Assembly (NCBI GenBank): GCA_044226015.1
Contig: JBGAHS010000002.1
Coordinates: forward strand, 433,571-497,570
Direction of reading: 5' to 3'
DNA from: Candidatus Obscuribacteraceae bacterium
GTDB taxonomy: Bacteria > Cyanobacteriota > Vampirovibrionia > Obscuribacterales > Obscuribacteraceae
Length of the DNA: 64,000 bases
How positions within the stretch are numbered: position 1 is the first letter of the stretch; every line of letters starts with the position of its first letter. This document shows, in pieces, positions 30,262 to 40,794 of this stretch. A model generated the notes under the pieces. The model saw only the letters and a list, made by a program, of their open reading frames with translations, made no database searches and was not told where the DNA came from. The position numbers and the translations under genes were made by a program.

Positions 30262-31029
30262 GTGTCGCCACTGAGTTTCGAACACCAAGAAATCAAGACA
30301 CTTTCGAGCAACTTCTATTTTCCCATATCAAGAAAAGTACTTGGCTCTGTTCTGCTCCTGCACGGAAGCGAAGGCGGCGGATTCGGATACCACGACTTCG
30401 ATGCTCAGATCTTAGCGTCTCATGGTTTTGCGACGTTGGCATTTACCTGGTGCGGATCGCCCAGAGCACCGGTTAAAGGGCTTCCATCTGTCGTAATAGA
30501 TATTGCGCTAGAAAGAACCATAGAAGCGATGAGATGGTTGCGGAAGAATCCTCAACTCGCTGCAACGAAGCAAGCAATTTGCGGCGTTTCACGAGGAGCT
30601 GAACAAGCGATTATTCTAGCCGCTCTAAGCACTCAAACCGACGAAATACCGAAGCCAGATGCAGTTGCGGTGCTCGCGCCCAGTGATGTGTATGTTTCAG
30701 GATTTTCGTGGAACTGGCAGTCGGTAGGCGGCCCGGAACCGGATGATCCAAACGCATACGCATGGAAGTGGCAGGGCAGGAATTGCGGAGAGATAGGACA
30801 AGCAATTCCACTCGAATCTTTCAATGGTCCAGTCCTGCTTTGCCATGGAGAAGACGATGAAATCTGGTCAATAGAACGCAGCAGAAATTTAGAGGAGCGC
30901 TTACGAAGCGCACAGAGGAAGGTCCAGACTCATTACATGGTTGGAGAAAAACATGCACTTAGCAGCGCGGGGCTGCACTCTTATAGATCCACGTTGGTGG
31001 ATTTTCTGGAACGAACCTTAGATTGTTAG
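30262..31029 (+). CDS. Alpha/beta hydrolase, BAAT/acyl-CoA thioester hydrolase-like
   Basis: LHGSEGG, nucleophile elbow GVSRGAE, GEDDEIW (Asp), EKH (His); GGAGG RBS. Confidence 0.85.
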   Translation: MSPLSFEHQEIKTLSSNFYFPISRKVLGSVLLLHGSEGGGFGYHDFDAQILASHGFATLAFTWCGSPRAPVKGLPSVVIDIALERTIEAMRWLRKNPQLAATKQAICGVSRGAEQAIILAALSTQTDEIPKPDAVAVLAPSDVYVSGFSWNWQSVGGPEPDDPNAYAWKWQGRNCGEIGQAIPLESFNGPVLLCHGEDDEIWSIERSRNLEERLRSAQRKVQTHYMVGEKHALSSAGLHSYRSTLVDFLERTLDC

Positions 31030-31072
31030 ATCGGTCCCCGAGTTTTGAGGAGATAGATTTTCGCTGGTATTG

Positions 31073-31292
31073 AGCGAAGATTTTCCGCAGAACTTCACCG
31101 GTACCGGTCCAGTTCTCATTTCTAGCGACGATTTTCCGCAGAACTCCATCGGTACCGGTCCAGTTCTCATTTCCAGCGACGATTTTCCGCAGAACTCCAT
31201 CGGTACCGGTCCAGTTCTCATTTCCAGCGACGATTTTCCGCAGTACTCCATCGGTACCGGTCCAGTTCTCACTTCTAGCGAAGATTTTCCCG
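31073..31292. repeat. Tandem array of a 51-bp unit with the CGGTACCG palindrome (same family as 1-241)
   Basis: AGCG at 31073, 31124, 31175, 31226 and 31277; GGTACC at 31100, 31151, 31202 and 31253. Confidence 0.95.
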
Positions 31293-31620
31293 AAGTCAAT
31301 TCATCATGAAGTCTGAGTATTCATGCCGATAAATGTACTTTGGACACTTTCCAAACGCCCGGGATATAGCAACGTAACTTGCCAGAAGCATATAAAAATG
31401 ACTTTAAGAATAGCGCCCACAACTGCCCCTCCTTGCCCCTGCTTGATAACGCCCTTTATTTCAGTTCAATAAGCCGATAGGGCAAAATCTTAGGGGGTAT
31501 GATGTTGTCTGACCGTGTTACACTCTTGCCATCAAGACCAGATGTTGTGAACAAGCATCTTAAGATGAATAGATTAGCTGGTCGTTGGCAACACAGTACC
31601 GCACCTTGGAGTTGTAGGGA

Positions 31621-31830
31621 ATGTTTATGTCAAACTCAAGCTTGGATTCAGTTGAAGCTGCTCTACGCAACCTGAAAGAAATCGTTGATCGCAATCATTC
31701 AGATTGTTCAGAAACAACAGCCCTTCTCCGTGATATGGAGCGCCTGGTCAAAGAAATGAAGATCAAAAACAATCCGACAATGGTTGTAATCGGTCCTATC
31801 GGCTTAGCCAACCCCGTTGTCGTTGTTTAA
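31621..31830 (+). CDS. Small hypothetical protein
   Basis: 69-aa ORF with purine-rich upstream sequence and amphipathic helices; converges on murG. Confidence 0.45.
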   Translation: MFMSNSSLDSVEAALRNLKEIVDRNHSDCSETTALLRDMERLVKEMKIKNNPTMVVIGPIGLANPVVVV

Positions 31831-32981
31831 TTCGCGAGTTGTTTGCTTAGCTTTATTTGAAAAGCTGTGCTTATTTCTTTGAGCTGTCCTGCAAGGTCGC
31901 AGGAAGCTTGGCTTTTGCCCTCCGAAGTCATGGCTTTACGCATCGCCCTCAATTTTTCATCATCGAGCAATATGCTTTTCAAATCGTTCAGCAAGGCTTC
32001 TGGTGTGAGCTTCGATTGTGGAATCACTAATGCTGCGCCTTTGCTCACCATATAATTTGCGTTATGGGTCTGATGGTCTGCGGCTGCATACGGATATGGA
32101 ATGAACAACGCAGGAGTTCCGGTCACTGCTAACTCGGAAATCGTCATAGCGCCAGCTCGGCAAATAGCCATATCAGAGGAAGCGAACGCAACTGAGAGAT
32201 CGTCAAAGTAATCCCGCAAGAAATACCGACTGTTCGAGAGAACAAGAGGATTCAACTGCTCTCTTACTTCATACAGATTCTTGCTGCCAACCTGATGGAT
32301 AACTTGAATGGGTGGATCAAGCTCCATGAGTTTCGGCAGTGCAGCTATAACCGCGTCATTAATCGCCTTTGCTCCTTGCGAGCCCCCAGTGATGAGAAGG
32401 GTTTTCAGATCGGAGCGCAGCCCAAGTACGGCACACGCAGCATCGCGCTTCATGGGATTCACAAAGCTCTTACCAACAGGATTTCCATTAACCACAATGA
32501 GTCCCTTCGAGGGTTTCAGTCGTGTGTAAGCACCCTGCATTCCACATGAAACAAGGCTCGCTGCGCCAGAAAGCAAACGATTTACCAAACCTGGATGTGC
32601 ATCGGGCTCATGAATTGCATAAGGAATTCCACAAAGCTTTGCTGCAACAAGCGCGGGCGCAGATGCGTAGCCACCTGTTCCAAGCACCACTGTGGGATTG
32701 AAGTCAATCAGCGCTCTGCGTGCATCAAACACAGCACCAATAAATTGAAAAGGCCAGGCGAAAAGACGACCAGAAAACCGCCGCGGCAAGCCAGAAACCT
32801 CTATTCCAACGAAGTCTAATTTTCGATCCTGCGCAAGTTTTTCTTCCATATGCCCGCGCGCACCCATATATAGGATGGACTCGACTTCTGGATCGTCACG
32901 AAGTTGCTCTGCTACGGCCAGCGCTGGATAAATATGACCACCAGTTCCACCGCCAGTTAACACTACTCTGTGTCGGGGCAT
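31827..32981 (-). CDS. murG: Lipid I GlcNAc transferase MurG
   Basis: GGGTGGHIYPALA, GTGGYAS, GGSQGA, CRAGAMTISE, HQTHNA. Confidence 0.97.
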   Translation of the reverse strand: MPRHRVVLTGGGTGGHIYPALAVAEQLRDDPEVESILYMGARGHMEEKLAQDRKLDFVGIEVSGLPRRFSGRLFAWPFQFIGAVFDARRALIDFNPTVVLGTGGYASAPALVAAKLCGIPYAIHEPDAHPGLVNRLLSGAASLVSCGMQGAYTRLKPSKGLIVVNGNPVGKSFVNPMKRDAACAVLGLRSDLKTLLITGGSQGAKAINDAVIAALPKLMELDPPIQVIHQVGSKNLYEVREQLNPLVLSNSRYFLRDYFDDLSVAFASSDMAICRAGAMTISELAVTGTPALFIPYPYAAADHQTHNANYMVSKGAALVIPQSKLTPEALLNDLKSILLDDEKLRAMRKAMTSEGKSQASCDLAGQLKEISTAFQIKLSKQLAN

Positions 32982-32983
32982 CT

Positions 32984-34237
32984 TTAGTGCTCCTCAGAGC
33001 TGTCTTCTTCTTCTTCTTCCTGACCCTTATCTCTAGAGATAGATAGAAGAATGCCCACCATAGCTAGAGTGATAACCATAGACGTGCCCCCATAGCTCAA
33101 AAAGGGCAACGTGATACCAGTGACTGGAAGCATTCCTGTGCAAACCATGATGTTTACCAGAGCTTGTAGCGAAATTTGGCTTGTAATGCCAATCGCAAGG
33201 AAGCGACCGAACAATGTGCGAGCATTCAAAGCAATCTGGAAGCCATAATATGCAAACATTCCGAAGAGCGAAAGAATTGTGAGACAACCAAGCAAACCGA
33301 ACTCTTCTGAAATCACCGCAAAAATAAAGTCGGCATGTTGAACAGGCAAATAGAACAGCTTCTGCAAAGAATGGCCGAATCCTTGACCCCAGAGCCCGCC
33401 TGAACCAATGGCAAGCTGTGCTTGAATGATATTCCAGCCTTCTTTCTGTGGATTCAAGTCTGGATTCAGCCAGCTTTGAATTCGCGCCATCTGGTAAGGC
33501 GTCTTTTGTACGTGATGCCAACCCAGCGCACCACCGACACCAATAGCGCTGAGAATTAATAGCGTATTCGTGCCACTGACGAAGAGCATGGAAAGCAAGG
33601 TTCCAAGAATCATCATCGCAGTTCCAAGGTCAGGCTGTTTGACGACAATTCCCGCCATTGCCATTACGAAGATAATGCGAATGAAAACGTTGCGATGCCA
33701 CCAGAAATACTTCGAAACTCCTGACGCCATAAGAATAATGGTGGCAACTTTCGCTAACTCAGATGGCTGGAATTGAATAGGTCCAATAGGAATCCAGCGA
33801 CTTGACCCCATTTGCGTTACAGACAGATGTGGAACGAGGGTAATTGCAAGAAGCACAAGCGCCGCGATAGCCAGCGGCCAAGCAAACTTTTTCAGTTTTC
33901 TGTAGTCATACTTACTGAGCGTGAACATACAGAACAAGCCAATCGCGCAAGCAATAGCCTGCTTCCGCAAATACGCAGTTGAGTCCTGGAAGTTTTGCAG
34001 AGCGTCAGGAGCCGATGCGCTAAATACAGCCATAAGACCAAATCCGCACAATGTAATAACAAGCGTTATCAGCGCGCGGTTAGGTAAGCCACGAAATTCC
34101 TGGCCAATTAGATTGGAAGCATCACGCTTTCTCCCTGAGGGATTAGGGTTTTGCTGCCATTTCGATTCTGGAGCGGACAAGATTTTTGAAGACACGTCCT
34201 CTATCCTCGAAGTCCTTGAACATATCGAAACTTGCAC
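32984..34237 (-). CDS. ftsW: SEDS peptidoglycan polymerase FtsW (start uncertain, probably downstream of 34237)
   Basis: FQPSELAK, QPDLGT, YLPVQHADFIF, GITLPFLSYGGTS; lies between murD and murG. Confidence 0.95.
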   Translation of the reverse strand: MQVSICSRTSRIEDVSSKILSAPESKWQQNPNPSGRKRDASNLIGQEFRGLPNRALITLVITLCGFGLMAVFSASAPDALQNFQDSTAYLRKQAIACAIGLFCMFTLSKYDYRKLKKFAWPLAIAALVLLAITLVPHLSVTQMGSSRWIPIGPIQFQPSELAKVATIILMASGVSKYFWWHRNVFIRIIFVMAMAGIVVKQPDLGTAMMILGTLLSMLFVSGTNTLLILSAIGVGGALGWHHVQKTPYQMARIQSWLNPDLNPQKEGWNIIQAQLAIGSGGLWGQGFGHSLQKLFYLPVQHADFIFAVISEEFGLLGCLTILSLFGMFAYYGFQIALNARTLFGRFLAIGITSQISLQALVNIMVCTGMLPVTGITLPFLSYGGTSMVITLAMVGILLSISRDKGQEEEEEDSSEEH

Positions 34238-35561
34238 AAGCCGGCGATAAGACGACAGGGCCCTTGTTCAAACTGGATGCGAGGTCGACCGCCTCTTCCA
34301 TTGTTTGAACAAGTTGAACATCGGTAAAATCAGCGTCACTAAGAGCACGATTGAAGCGCTCTTTTGCTTCGCCCAAAAGGATGACTGCGGATGCATGCTC
34401 TTTTATGCTCTGCACCAATTCGTCCAACGGAGTATGTTTATCTTTTCCGCCTGCTATCAAAACGATCTTTTCATTGACAAAAGACTCTAGTGCTTTGATT
34501 GTGGAGTTGGGATTTGTGGCTTTAGAGTCATTGTAGTATTTGACACCGTCTATAGTATCAATATATTCAAGACGATGCTCTAGCCCCGGGAAAGACTGCA
34601 AAGCTTCAACAATCTTCTCCGTTGCAACGTTTAGCACAGCAGCCACAGAGACAGCGGCTAGCGCGTTTTCCAAATTATGCTTGCCGATAATCTTCAATTC
34701 GTCCTTATGACAGAGAATCTGCGTGCGCCCATCAATGCGATAACTAAGGAAGTCGTACTGCATGAATGCGCCTTGAACGGCCGCCTCTAATTGCGTGTCA
34801 ACACTAAACGGAAAAATCTGTGAATTAGGGCTGAAATCAGCAATGATTGGATCATCCTGATTTAGTACAGCATATTGGTTGAATTGTTGTTTGGCAAACA
34901 ATTTCTGTTTGGCTTCTGTGTAAGCTTGAAGATCACCATGCCATTCGATGTGGTCAGGTGTCAAATTAGTCCAAACTGCAACTTTTGGAGAAAGACGATC
35001 GCAATAATGCAGCTGATAAGAACTGATTTCGGTAACCAAATAATCTGGTGACTTTTCCAATTCATCAAGAATTGGCACACCAATGTTTCCGCAGACTAAT
35101 GCTTTGTGACCAGCGACGTTCAGAATGTGAGTCACTAGAGAGGTAGTTGTCGACTTCCCATTTGTACCCGTTATCCCGATAAGAGGAATTGTAGTCTCGC
35201 GAAAAGCTAATTCAACATCGCAGATAATGTCTTTTTGCTTCTCCTGAAGCTCCCGAATGATCTCACTGCCAGGTGATATACCTGGGCTGACCACCACTAG
35301 TTTCGAGAATTCTTTTGCGCGTTCAGAGTGCCCGCCAAACTCAAGCTCAATGCCCTGAGATTTTAGCTTTTCAATTTGCTCGCTCATTTTCGGGCTAGCT
35401 TCAGCGCTTTCCGAAAGCAATACTTTAGCTTTGCGTCTAGCTAGAAATTCTGCAGCTGAAATGCCGCTGCGTCCTAACCCTAAGACTAATACCTTCTCAT
35501 TAGACCAGTCTGTCAAGCTCGTCTCCAGTGCAATGATGATCGTCCGCAAGTATTCTAACAA
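34143..35561 (-). CDS. murD: UDP-MurNAc-L-Ala:D-Glu ligase (start likely near 35516)
   Basis: GLGRSG, ITGTNGKSTT, GNIG, EISSYQL, YNDSKATN, LSPACASFDMF. Confidence 0.97.
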   Translation of the reverse strand: MLEYLRTIIIALETSLTDWSNEKVLVLGLGRSGISAAEFLARRKAKVLLSESAEASPKMSEQIEKLKSQGIELEFGGHSERAKEFSKLVVVSPGISPGSEIIRELQEKQKDIICDVELAFRETTIPLIGITGTNGKSTTTSLVTHILNVAGHKALVCGNIGVPILDELEKSPDYLVTEISSYQLHYCDRLSPKVAVWTNLTPDHIEWHGDLQAYTEAKQKLFAKQQFNQYAVLNQDDPIIADFSPNSQIFPFSVDTQLEAAVQGAFMQYDFLSYRIDGRTQILCHKDELKIIGKHNLENALAAVSVAAVLNVATEKIVEALQSFPGLEHRLEYIDTIDGVKYYNDSKATNPNSTIKALESFVNEKIVLIAGGKDKHTPLDELVQSIKEHASAVILLGEAKERFNRALSDADFTDVQLVQTMEEAVDLASSLNKGPVVLSPACASFDMFKDFEDRGRVFKNLVRSRIEMAAKP

Positions 35562-35777
35562 AGTGCTTTGAAAGCGGGCGTGTTCTAAGAAAAGCTTGAT
35601 ACGAGCGGATTAGAGTCGCCCGCTTCGATATCGCGCAGACATACAATAAGCGCCCTTTCTGAGAAACGCTTAACAGAGGATTCAAATACACACATTGTCA
35701 TGAATTAAACGGAGCTAAGATTTAGCTTCAAATACAGATGAAAATTATTTTCAGCTTGGTGGTCGTTTCCATGGTCC

Positions 35778-35928
35778 TCGGTTTTTCTTACCCAAATTGA
35801 AGACTCGACCGGTACCGATGTAGTTCTCCGGTTTTTCTTACGCCAATTCAAAACTCGACCGGTACCGATGTAGTTCTCCGGTTTTTCTTACCCAAATTCA
35901 AAAACTCGACCGGTACCGATGTAGTTCT
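35778..35928. repeat. Tandem array of an ~50-bp unit with the CGGTACCG palindrome, 3 copies
   Basis: GTTTTTCTTA at 35781, 35831 and 35881; ACTCGACCGGTACCGATGTAGTTCT in each unit (GGTACC at 35811, 35861, 35912). Confidence 0.93.
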
Positions 35929-35942
35929 AGCGCAGAGCCACC

Positions 35943-35974
35943 AAAGAAAAACCGCCAGAGAAATCTCTGGCGGT
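35943..35974 (-). terminator. Intrinsic terminator of the TPR gene
   Basis: ACCGCCAGAG-AAAT-CTCTGGCGGT perfect stem with a U-rich tail on the minus strand. Confidence 0.8.
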
Positions 35975-35996
35975 CGATAAAGTGCAATCCTGACGA

Positions 35997-37877
35997 TTAA
36001 TGACCTGATTTTCTAGCTTTCTCGTCAATCTTGAAAGCTTTCTCCTCGTTCCTCGCAATCCGCTTATTGAGCTTCTCGATTTCCTTTGGAGGCAAATTCG
36101 GAGTCAGTGCCATATAAGCCTTGATTTGAGCGTTTGCTTCACGCAAATCTTTGCTCTGAACTGGAGACAATCGCTCTAGTGTATCCGCCACACCAATTCG
36201 AGCATCAGCGTTGCGTGGATTTCCGTAAATCGCAGCATGGTATTTATCGATTGCACTGGCTAGTTGTTTGCGTTTAGCAAGGTCACTTGCTAGCGTCAAA
36301 TCCTGTCTTGCTGTTTCACGAGCCTTCTTCACTTGATCAAGACCGCGCTTGGCACGCTCTTCTCCACCGGGGAAAGAAGAAGCCTTTTTGTAAGCAGCTT
36401 CAGCATTGTCCAAATCTTTGATCATCAAAGCGAGATCGCCAACTGCAAAGGTCTGCTTAGAATCAGGAGCCGAAGTAATTACCTGACTCATCAGCTGCTG
36501 CGATTCCTGAAACTTATCCTGTGCAAGAAGGGCTTCAGCATATGCCATGCGCTCGCCATCCGTTCTCGGTGGTGGAATTGTTTTGAGATCAACTTGTTCA
36601 CCGGACATCATGCGAATTTTAGCCATTGCTAGTCTCAACTCCATATCGTTTGGGTTGAGATCAATCGCCTTTTGCAGCCTAGCTTTGGCTGTTTCGTAGT
36701 CATTAGATGCAAAGAATGCACCACCACTTTCCTTCTGCGACTTCAAGAAATACGCGCGGGTGACACCTTTTGCAGCTGCTGCGTTGCCAGGATTAACTGA
36801 CATCACTTTCTCATACTCTTTGATTGCATCATCGAGTTTCTCAAGCTGCAAACTTTCATCAGCGATTCGCATATGCAAATCTTGATTGTCTGGCATTAAC
36901 TCAAGCGCGCCACGCAATTCGGAGATCGAGAGTTCAAGGTCGCCACGACCTTCTCTAATATCCGAGATATGCAAATACACTTCTGGATTCTCAGGCTTGA
37001 TCAATGTCGCTTTGTGATATTCACTGATGGCAGCATTCAAATTGTTTTGTGCCTGGTAGCATTCACCCATGGCCTGATGCGCAGGATAGCTGTTCGGATT
37101 CTGGTAGAGAGCTGTGTTCAGTTCTTTAATAGCAGCATCTACATTTCCCATTTTCAAGAAAGTCTTGCCCAGACCATAGTGAGCAGTTGAATTACCCGAA
37201 TTGAATTGAATTGCTTGCTTGAATGCGCCTTCTGCTTCTCCCAAACTATTTTGCGAGAGCTTCAACATTCCAAGCCCAGCATAAGCTTCCGAGTATTTGG
37301 GATCGCTTTTGATAGCTTCCTGATACTCCTTAGCTGATTCATCAGTGCGTCCTTGTTCTCTAAGTGACTGAGCTAATTGATAATGCGCTTCAGGAGAGTA
37401 TGGATCCTTTTGCAATGCCATACGACACTCATTCTCAGCCTGTTTCAGCATTGACTCACGTTGCTGACGAATAGTCATATTCGACGAACTGAGCCTATTC
37501 ATGAGAACAAGCGCTTTACCAGCATGAGCAACAGCATTAGTTGGATCAAGCTCAATTGCCTTGTTGAACTGTTCTTCAGCGGCATCTAACTTATATTGTT
37601 TTCCAAGTGCCATGCCGTAACCTGCGATTGCTGCAGGGTTTTTAGTATCACGATTCATGACAGTATGGTATGCATCTGCTGCCTTAGCCCAGTCACCTTT
37701 TGAAAGCATTTCATCGGCTTCAACCAGGTCTTTGGAAACTTTGCCTTTTAGCTTAGTCTTCTCTGCAAGCTGGATATGATCAGTAGCAGATGCCCCCTGA
37801 AAAATCCCAATGCCGAGACTCAGTGCAACGATTACTACCGGTACAAGGCGCTCTTTGCGACTAAATCTTGCTCTCAT
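35997..37877 (-). CDS. Exported tetratricopeptide repeat protein
   Basis: Signal peptide and many 34-aa TPR units (AIELDPTNAVAH, ALQKDPYSPEAHY). Confidence 0.9.
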   Translation of the reverse strand: MRARFSRKERLVPVVIVALSLGIGIFQGASATDHIQLAEKTKLKGKVSKDLVEADEMLSKGDWAKAADAYHTVMNRDTKNPAAIAGYGMALGKQYKLDAAEEQFNKAIELDPTNAVAHAGKALVLMNRLSSSNMTIRQQRESMLKQAENECRMALQKDPYSPEAHYQLAQSLREQGRTDESAKEYQEAIKSDPKYSEAYAGLGMLKLSQNSLGEAEGAFKQAIQFNSGNSTAHYGLGKTFLKMGNVDAAIKELNTALYQNPNSYPAHQAMGECYQAQNNLNAAISEYHKATLIKPENPEVYLHISDIREGRGDLELSISELRGALELMPDNQDLHMRIADESLQLEKLDDAIKEYEKVMSVNPGNAAAAKGVTRAYFLKSQKESGGAFFASNDYETAKARLQKAIDLNPNDMELRLAMAKIRMMSGEQVDLKTIPPPRTDGERMAYAEALLAQDKFQESQQLMSQVITSAPDSKQTFAVGDLALMIKDLDNAEAAYKKASSFPGGEERAKRGLDQVKKARETARQDLTLASDLAKRKQLASAIDKYHAAIYGNPRNADARIGVADTLERLSPVQSKDLREANAQIKAYMALTPNLPPKEIEKLNKRIARNEEKAFKIDEKARKSGH

Positions 37878-38314
37878 AACGCTCCTTATTGAATGCCCGA
37901 GTTATTCCCGTCCATGTTATGTTCTTTGATTCCCTGTCACCTTAACCGGTAGCATTGTTTAATACTCAACTTAACAAGAGCAGAATCTTCTACCGCTAAT
38001 AGCAAGGACCAACTGGCAACACCAACTGCTCCAAACACTGAGCAACTCGACAGTCCAGACGCGACGAGACCAGCAGCAGAGCCAACAAACGCGAAGTAAA
38101 GCAAGCGAAACAAGAGAAATCAAGTTGCCAGAGTAGAAACGTCGCACTCTTTCCTTCTATATAATTGAACGCGGCCGAATCAAAGATTCAAAATTTGTTT
38201 TCGAGTCATACATATATAGATGGTTAGATTGATAGATTGAAGCTGTCGATCAACCTAGAAGATCCGAGCCAAAGAAGAGCGGAAATCGCTGGCAAGCGCT
38301 TAAATGGAGGCAAG

Positions 38315-39070
38315 ATGTCTGGACATTCTAAGTGGGCAAACATCAAAAGACACAAGGCAGTCGTCGACGCGAAAAAGGGCGCAGTTTACGCCAAAATGGC
38401 ACGAGAAATAATTGTCGCCGCAAAAATGGGCGGAGCTGACCCCGCAGGAAACTTCAGATTGCGGACGGCAATAGAGAAAGCACGTGCAGAAGGCGTTCCC
38501 AACGACAATATCCAGCGTGCCATCGAAAAAGGTGCAGGCGGTGGTGGCGCAGATTCTATAGAAGAGTTGACCTATGAAGGCTATGGACCTGGTGGAGTCG
38601 CGGTATTAGTGCGCTGCGCCACAGACAATCGCAATCGAACCGCAGGCGATATTCGCAGCTACTTTTCAAAATGCGGTGGCAATATGGGTGAAACTGGGTG
38701 TGTCTCCTGGATGTTCAAGGAACAAGGCGAAGTATTCATCAATCGCCCAGTCAAAACATCGGATGATGACTTAATGCTGCTCGCCATCGATCTTGGAGCC
38801 GAGGACATTGATACCAATTCAGAAGAGTACATAAGGATTGTCTGCGATTCAGCCTCACTTGAAGGTCTACGCGAAGGGCTTTCAAAAGCAGGTATCAAGC
38901 CAGAATCATCAGAAGTTGTAATGACGCCGTCTTCATCCATCGAGATTCAGGATAAGGAACAAGCGAAGCAACTGATCAAGATGCTAGATCTGATTGAAAA
39001 CCACGATGACGTACAACAAGTGCACGCAAATTTCGAAATGGATAACGCCTGGCTCGAAGAACTGGTGTAG
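38315..39070 (+). CDS. yebC: YebC/PmpR family protein
   Basis: MSGHSKWANIKRHK, YEGYGPGGVAV, TDNRNRT, DDVQQVHAN; GGAGG RBS before ATG 38315. Confidence 0.95.
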   Translation: MSGHSKWANIKRHKAVVDAKKGAVYAKMAREIIVAAKMGGADPAGNFRLRTAIEKARAEGVPNDNIQRAIEKGAGGGGADSIEELTYEGYGPGGVAVLVRCATDNRNRTAGDIRSYFSKCGGNMGETGCVSWMFKEQGEVFINRPVKTSDDDLMLLAIDLGAEDIDTNSEEYIRIVCDSASLEGLREGLSKAGIKPESSEVVMTPSSSIEIQDKEQAKQLIKMLDLIENHDDVQQVHANFEMDNAWLEELV

Positions 39071-39805
39071 CGACGACTTTTATAGAGGCTTTCCAAACAG
39101 CACAAGCTATTCAAAGAACTGATTCAGAATGAGCTTTGCTGCCTATTGCGACGAAAAAATTATAAGTGCGTGCACTGCTGATGGCGCTTGCGAAGCCGTT
39201 TTTCCTTTCAACGAATAATGCCCTTTACACAAAAATTTCCTTTCCATCGCATTCTTTTTTTGCGCAGCAAACAGAGTTTTTTCTTGGGGCTAGACATAGA
39301 CAAGATCTTAAACTCGTCACGAAAATCACAATGTTTTGCAAACGAAAGTTACAAGCAAAGAGATCTCCCTGTTGGCATCACGGGTGTATATACAATAGCC
39401 TTGCTGATAGCGGCATTCGGGCAATCAAGTGGAGATCTAGTACAGAGAATTTTGCAGAATTAGGACGCTTTTTATCTAGCTTTTACAAGTTGTTACAAAC
39501 TGCGAGCCAAGAGGTTTATAGACAACTCTATGAGTTTCAGCTTAATTCTGCCCGCATCCATCCAGTCGATGATTTTCGCGATTCTTGACTTCGGTCACTT
39601 GGCGGATCCGCAGTGTCAACCTCTTGACCATGAACTTCCTCTAAGAAAGGGCGTATCGCCGGCACACGGGAAAATTTCCGAGTTGTCAGAAGATCTTTGA
39701 CTCCGACTGAGCTTCTCTGATAACTTTTCGCCTGCTTCGAAATTGCCAACACCAGTCGCGAGTTCATAGATTCTCTCCCGCGACGTACAACTCAGAAAGG
39801 TTGAT

Positions 39806-40642
39806 ATGGGTTCAACAATGAGAGCAAAACCAAATGGATGCCTCCGTTCGCTAGCAATAGCGTTTGCATCTTCCCTGGCTATTTCACTGCTCAGCAGTGC
39901 TGCCTATGCTAGAGACATAGCACCGGAAGTAGTATCACGGGTATGGCTGGAAGGTGACAAACAAGTCGCAGCCGTGCTCTTAAACGGAGACGAAATCGCC
40001 AGATTCAAATCAGATGAAGCTGATGACGACGATGCAGCAGAAGAAGCTGAAGACCTTGCGGTGAAGCTTCAAGAATTGATCAGCGACAAAAAGTTTGACG
40101 CAAATTTGCTCGTGCCTTCAAAGGACAGCGATAAGGCTATCATCAAGCACGATGGAAACATCGTCTGCTCGTTCGACCCATACGCTGGCCAAGATGACAA
40201 ACCAGAGGACGACAAGAAAGTCGAGACCCAAGTTTTTACAGCAAGCAACAAAGTCGTCAACGCGTTGCGCCTGGCTTTCGGTGTCCCTGCTCTTAGTGGA
40301 ACAGCTACCGACATAGCAGAAAAAATTGGACAGAGGCTTGAAGCACTTGGACAATCGTTTTCTGGAGCAGCTTCCTGGTACGGCGGACGCTTCAACGGCA
40401 GAAAATGCTCTGATGGCACTCGCTTCGATCAAGAGAGACTCACAGCTGCTCACAGAAGCCTGCCATTTGGAACTAAAATTCTTGTCAAAAATCGCAAGAC
40501 CGGTGATACATGTATCGTTGAAGTCAACGACCGTGGACCGTTTATCGATGGACGCGTAATCGATGTTTCAAAAGCTGCCGCAAGAGAGCTGAACATGTTG
40601 AGCTCCGGAATTGCGATGGTCGACTGCACAATCCTGCAATAG
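39806..40642 (+). CDS. rlpA: Septal ring lytic transglycosylase, RlpA family
   Basis: ASWYG, LTAAHRSLPFGT, VNDRGPF, RVIDVSKAAA; signal peptide. Confidence 0.9.
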   Translation: MGSTMRAKPNGCLRSLAIAFASSLAISLLSSAAYARDIAPEVVSRVWLEGDKQVAAVLLNGDEIARFKSDEADDDDAAEEAEDLAVKLQELISDKKFDANLLVPSKDSDKAIIKHDGNIVCSFDPYAGQDDKPEDDKKVETQVFTASNKVVNALRLAFGVPALSGTATDIAEKIGQRLEALGQSFSGAASWYGGRFNGRKCSDGTRFDQERLTAAHRSLPFGTKILVKNRKTGDTCIVEVNDRGPFIDGRVIDVSKAAARELNMLSSGIAMVDCTILQ

Positions 40643-40794
40643 TGATTTACAGAGCACAAATAGCTCGTACTGGGGTTTTCCCAGCAGAGAGATTTTGTTC
40701 TGAACTCTTCAATCTACACAAATCGCATTAGTAGCGCCTCATAAAGAGCATATCTGTTAGAATGCTCGCAGTTAGCGATTGGGGTTGTCATTTT

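Noticed and set aside
31018..31309. Repetitive ORFs on both strands (similar ones at 56289-56761)
   Set aside because: They arise from DNA repeats; unit lengths at other loci (50 and 65 bp) are not multiples of 3, so the family is non-coding.
39166..39588. 140-aa and 91-aa ORFs in the yebC-rlpA gap
   Set aside because: AT-rich, overlapping, no recognisable motifs; more likely promoter DNA.
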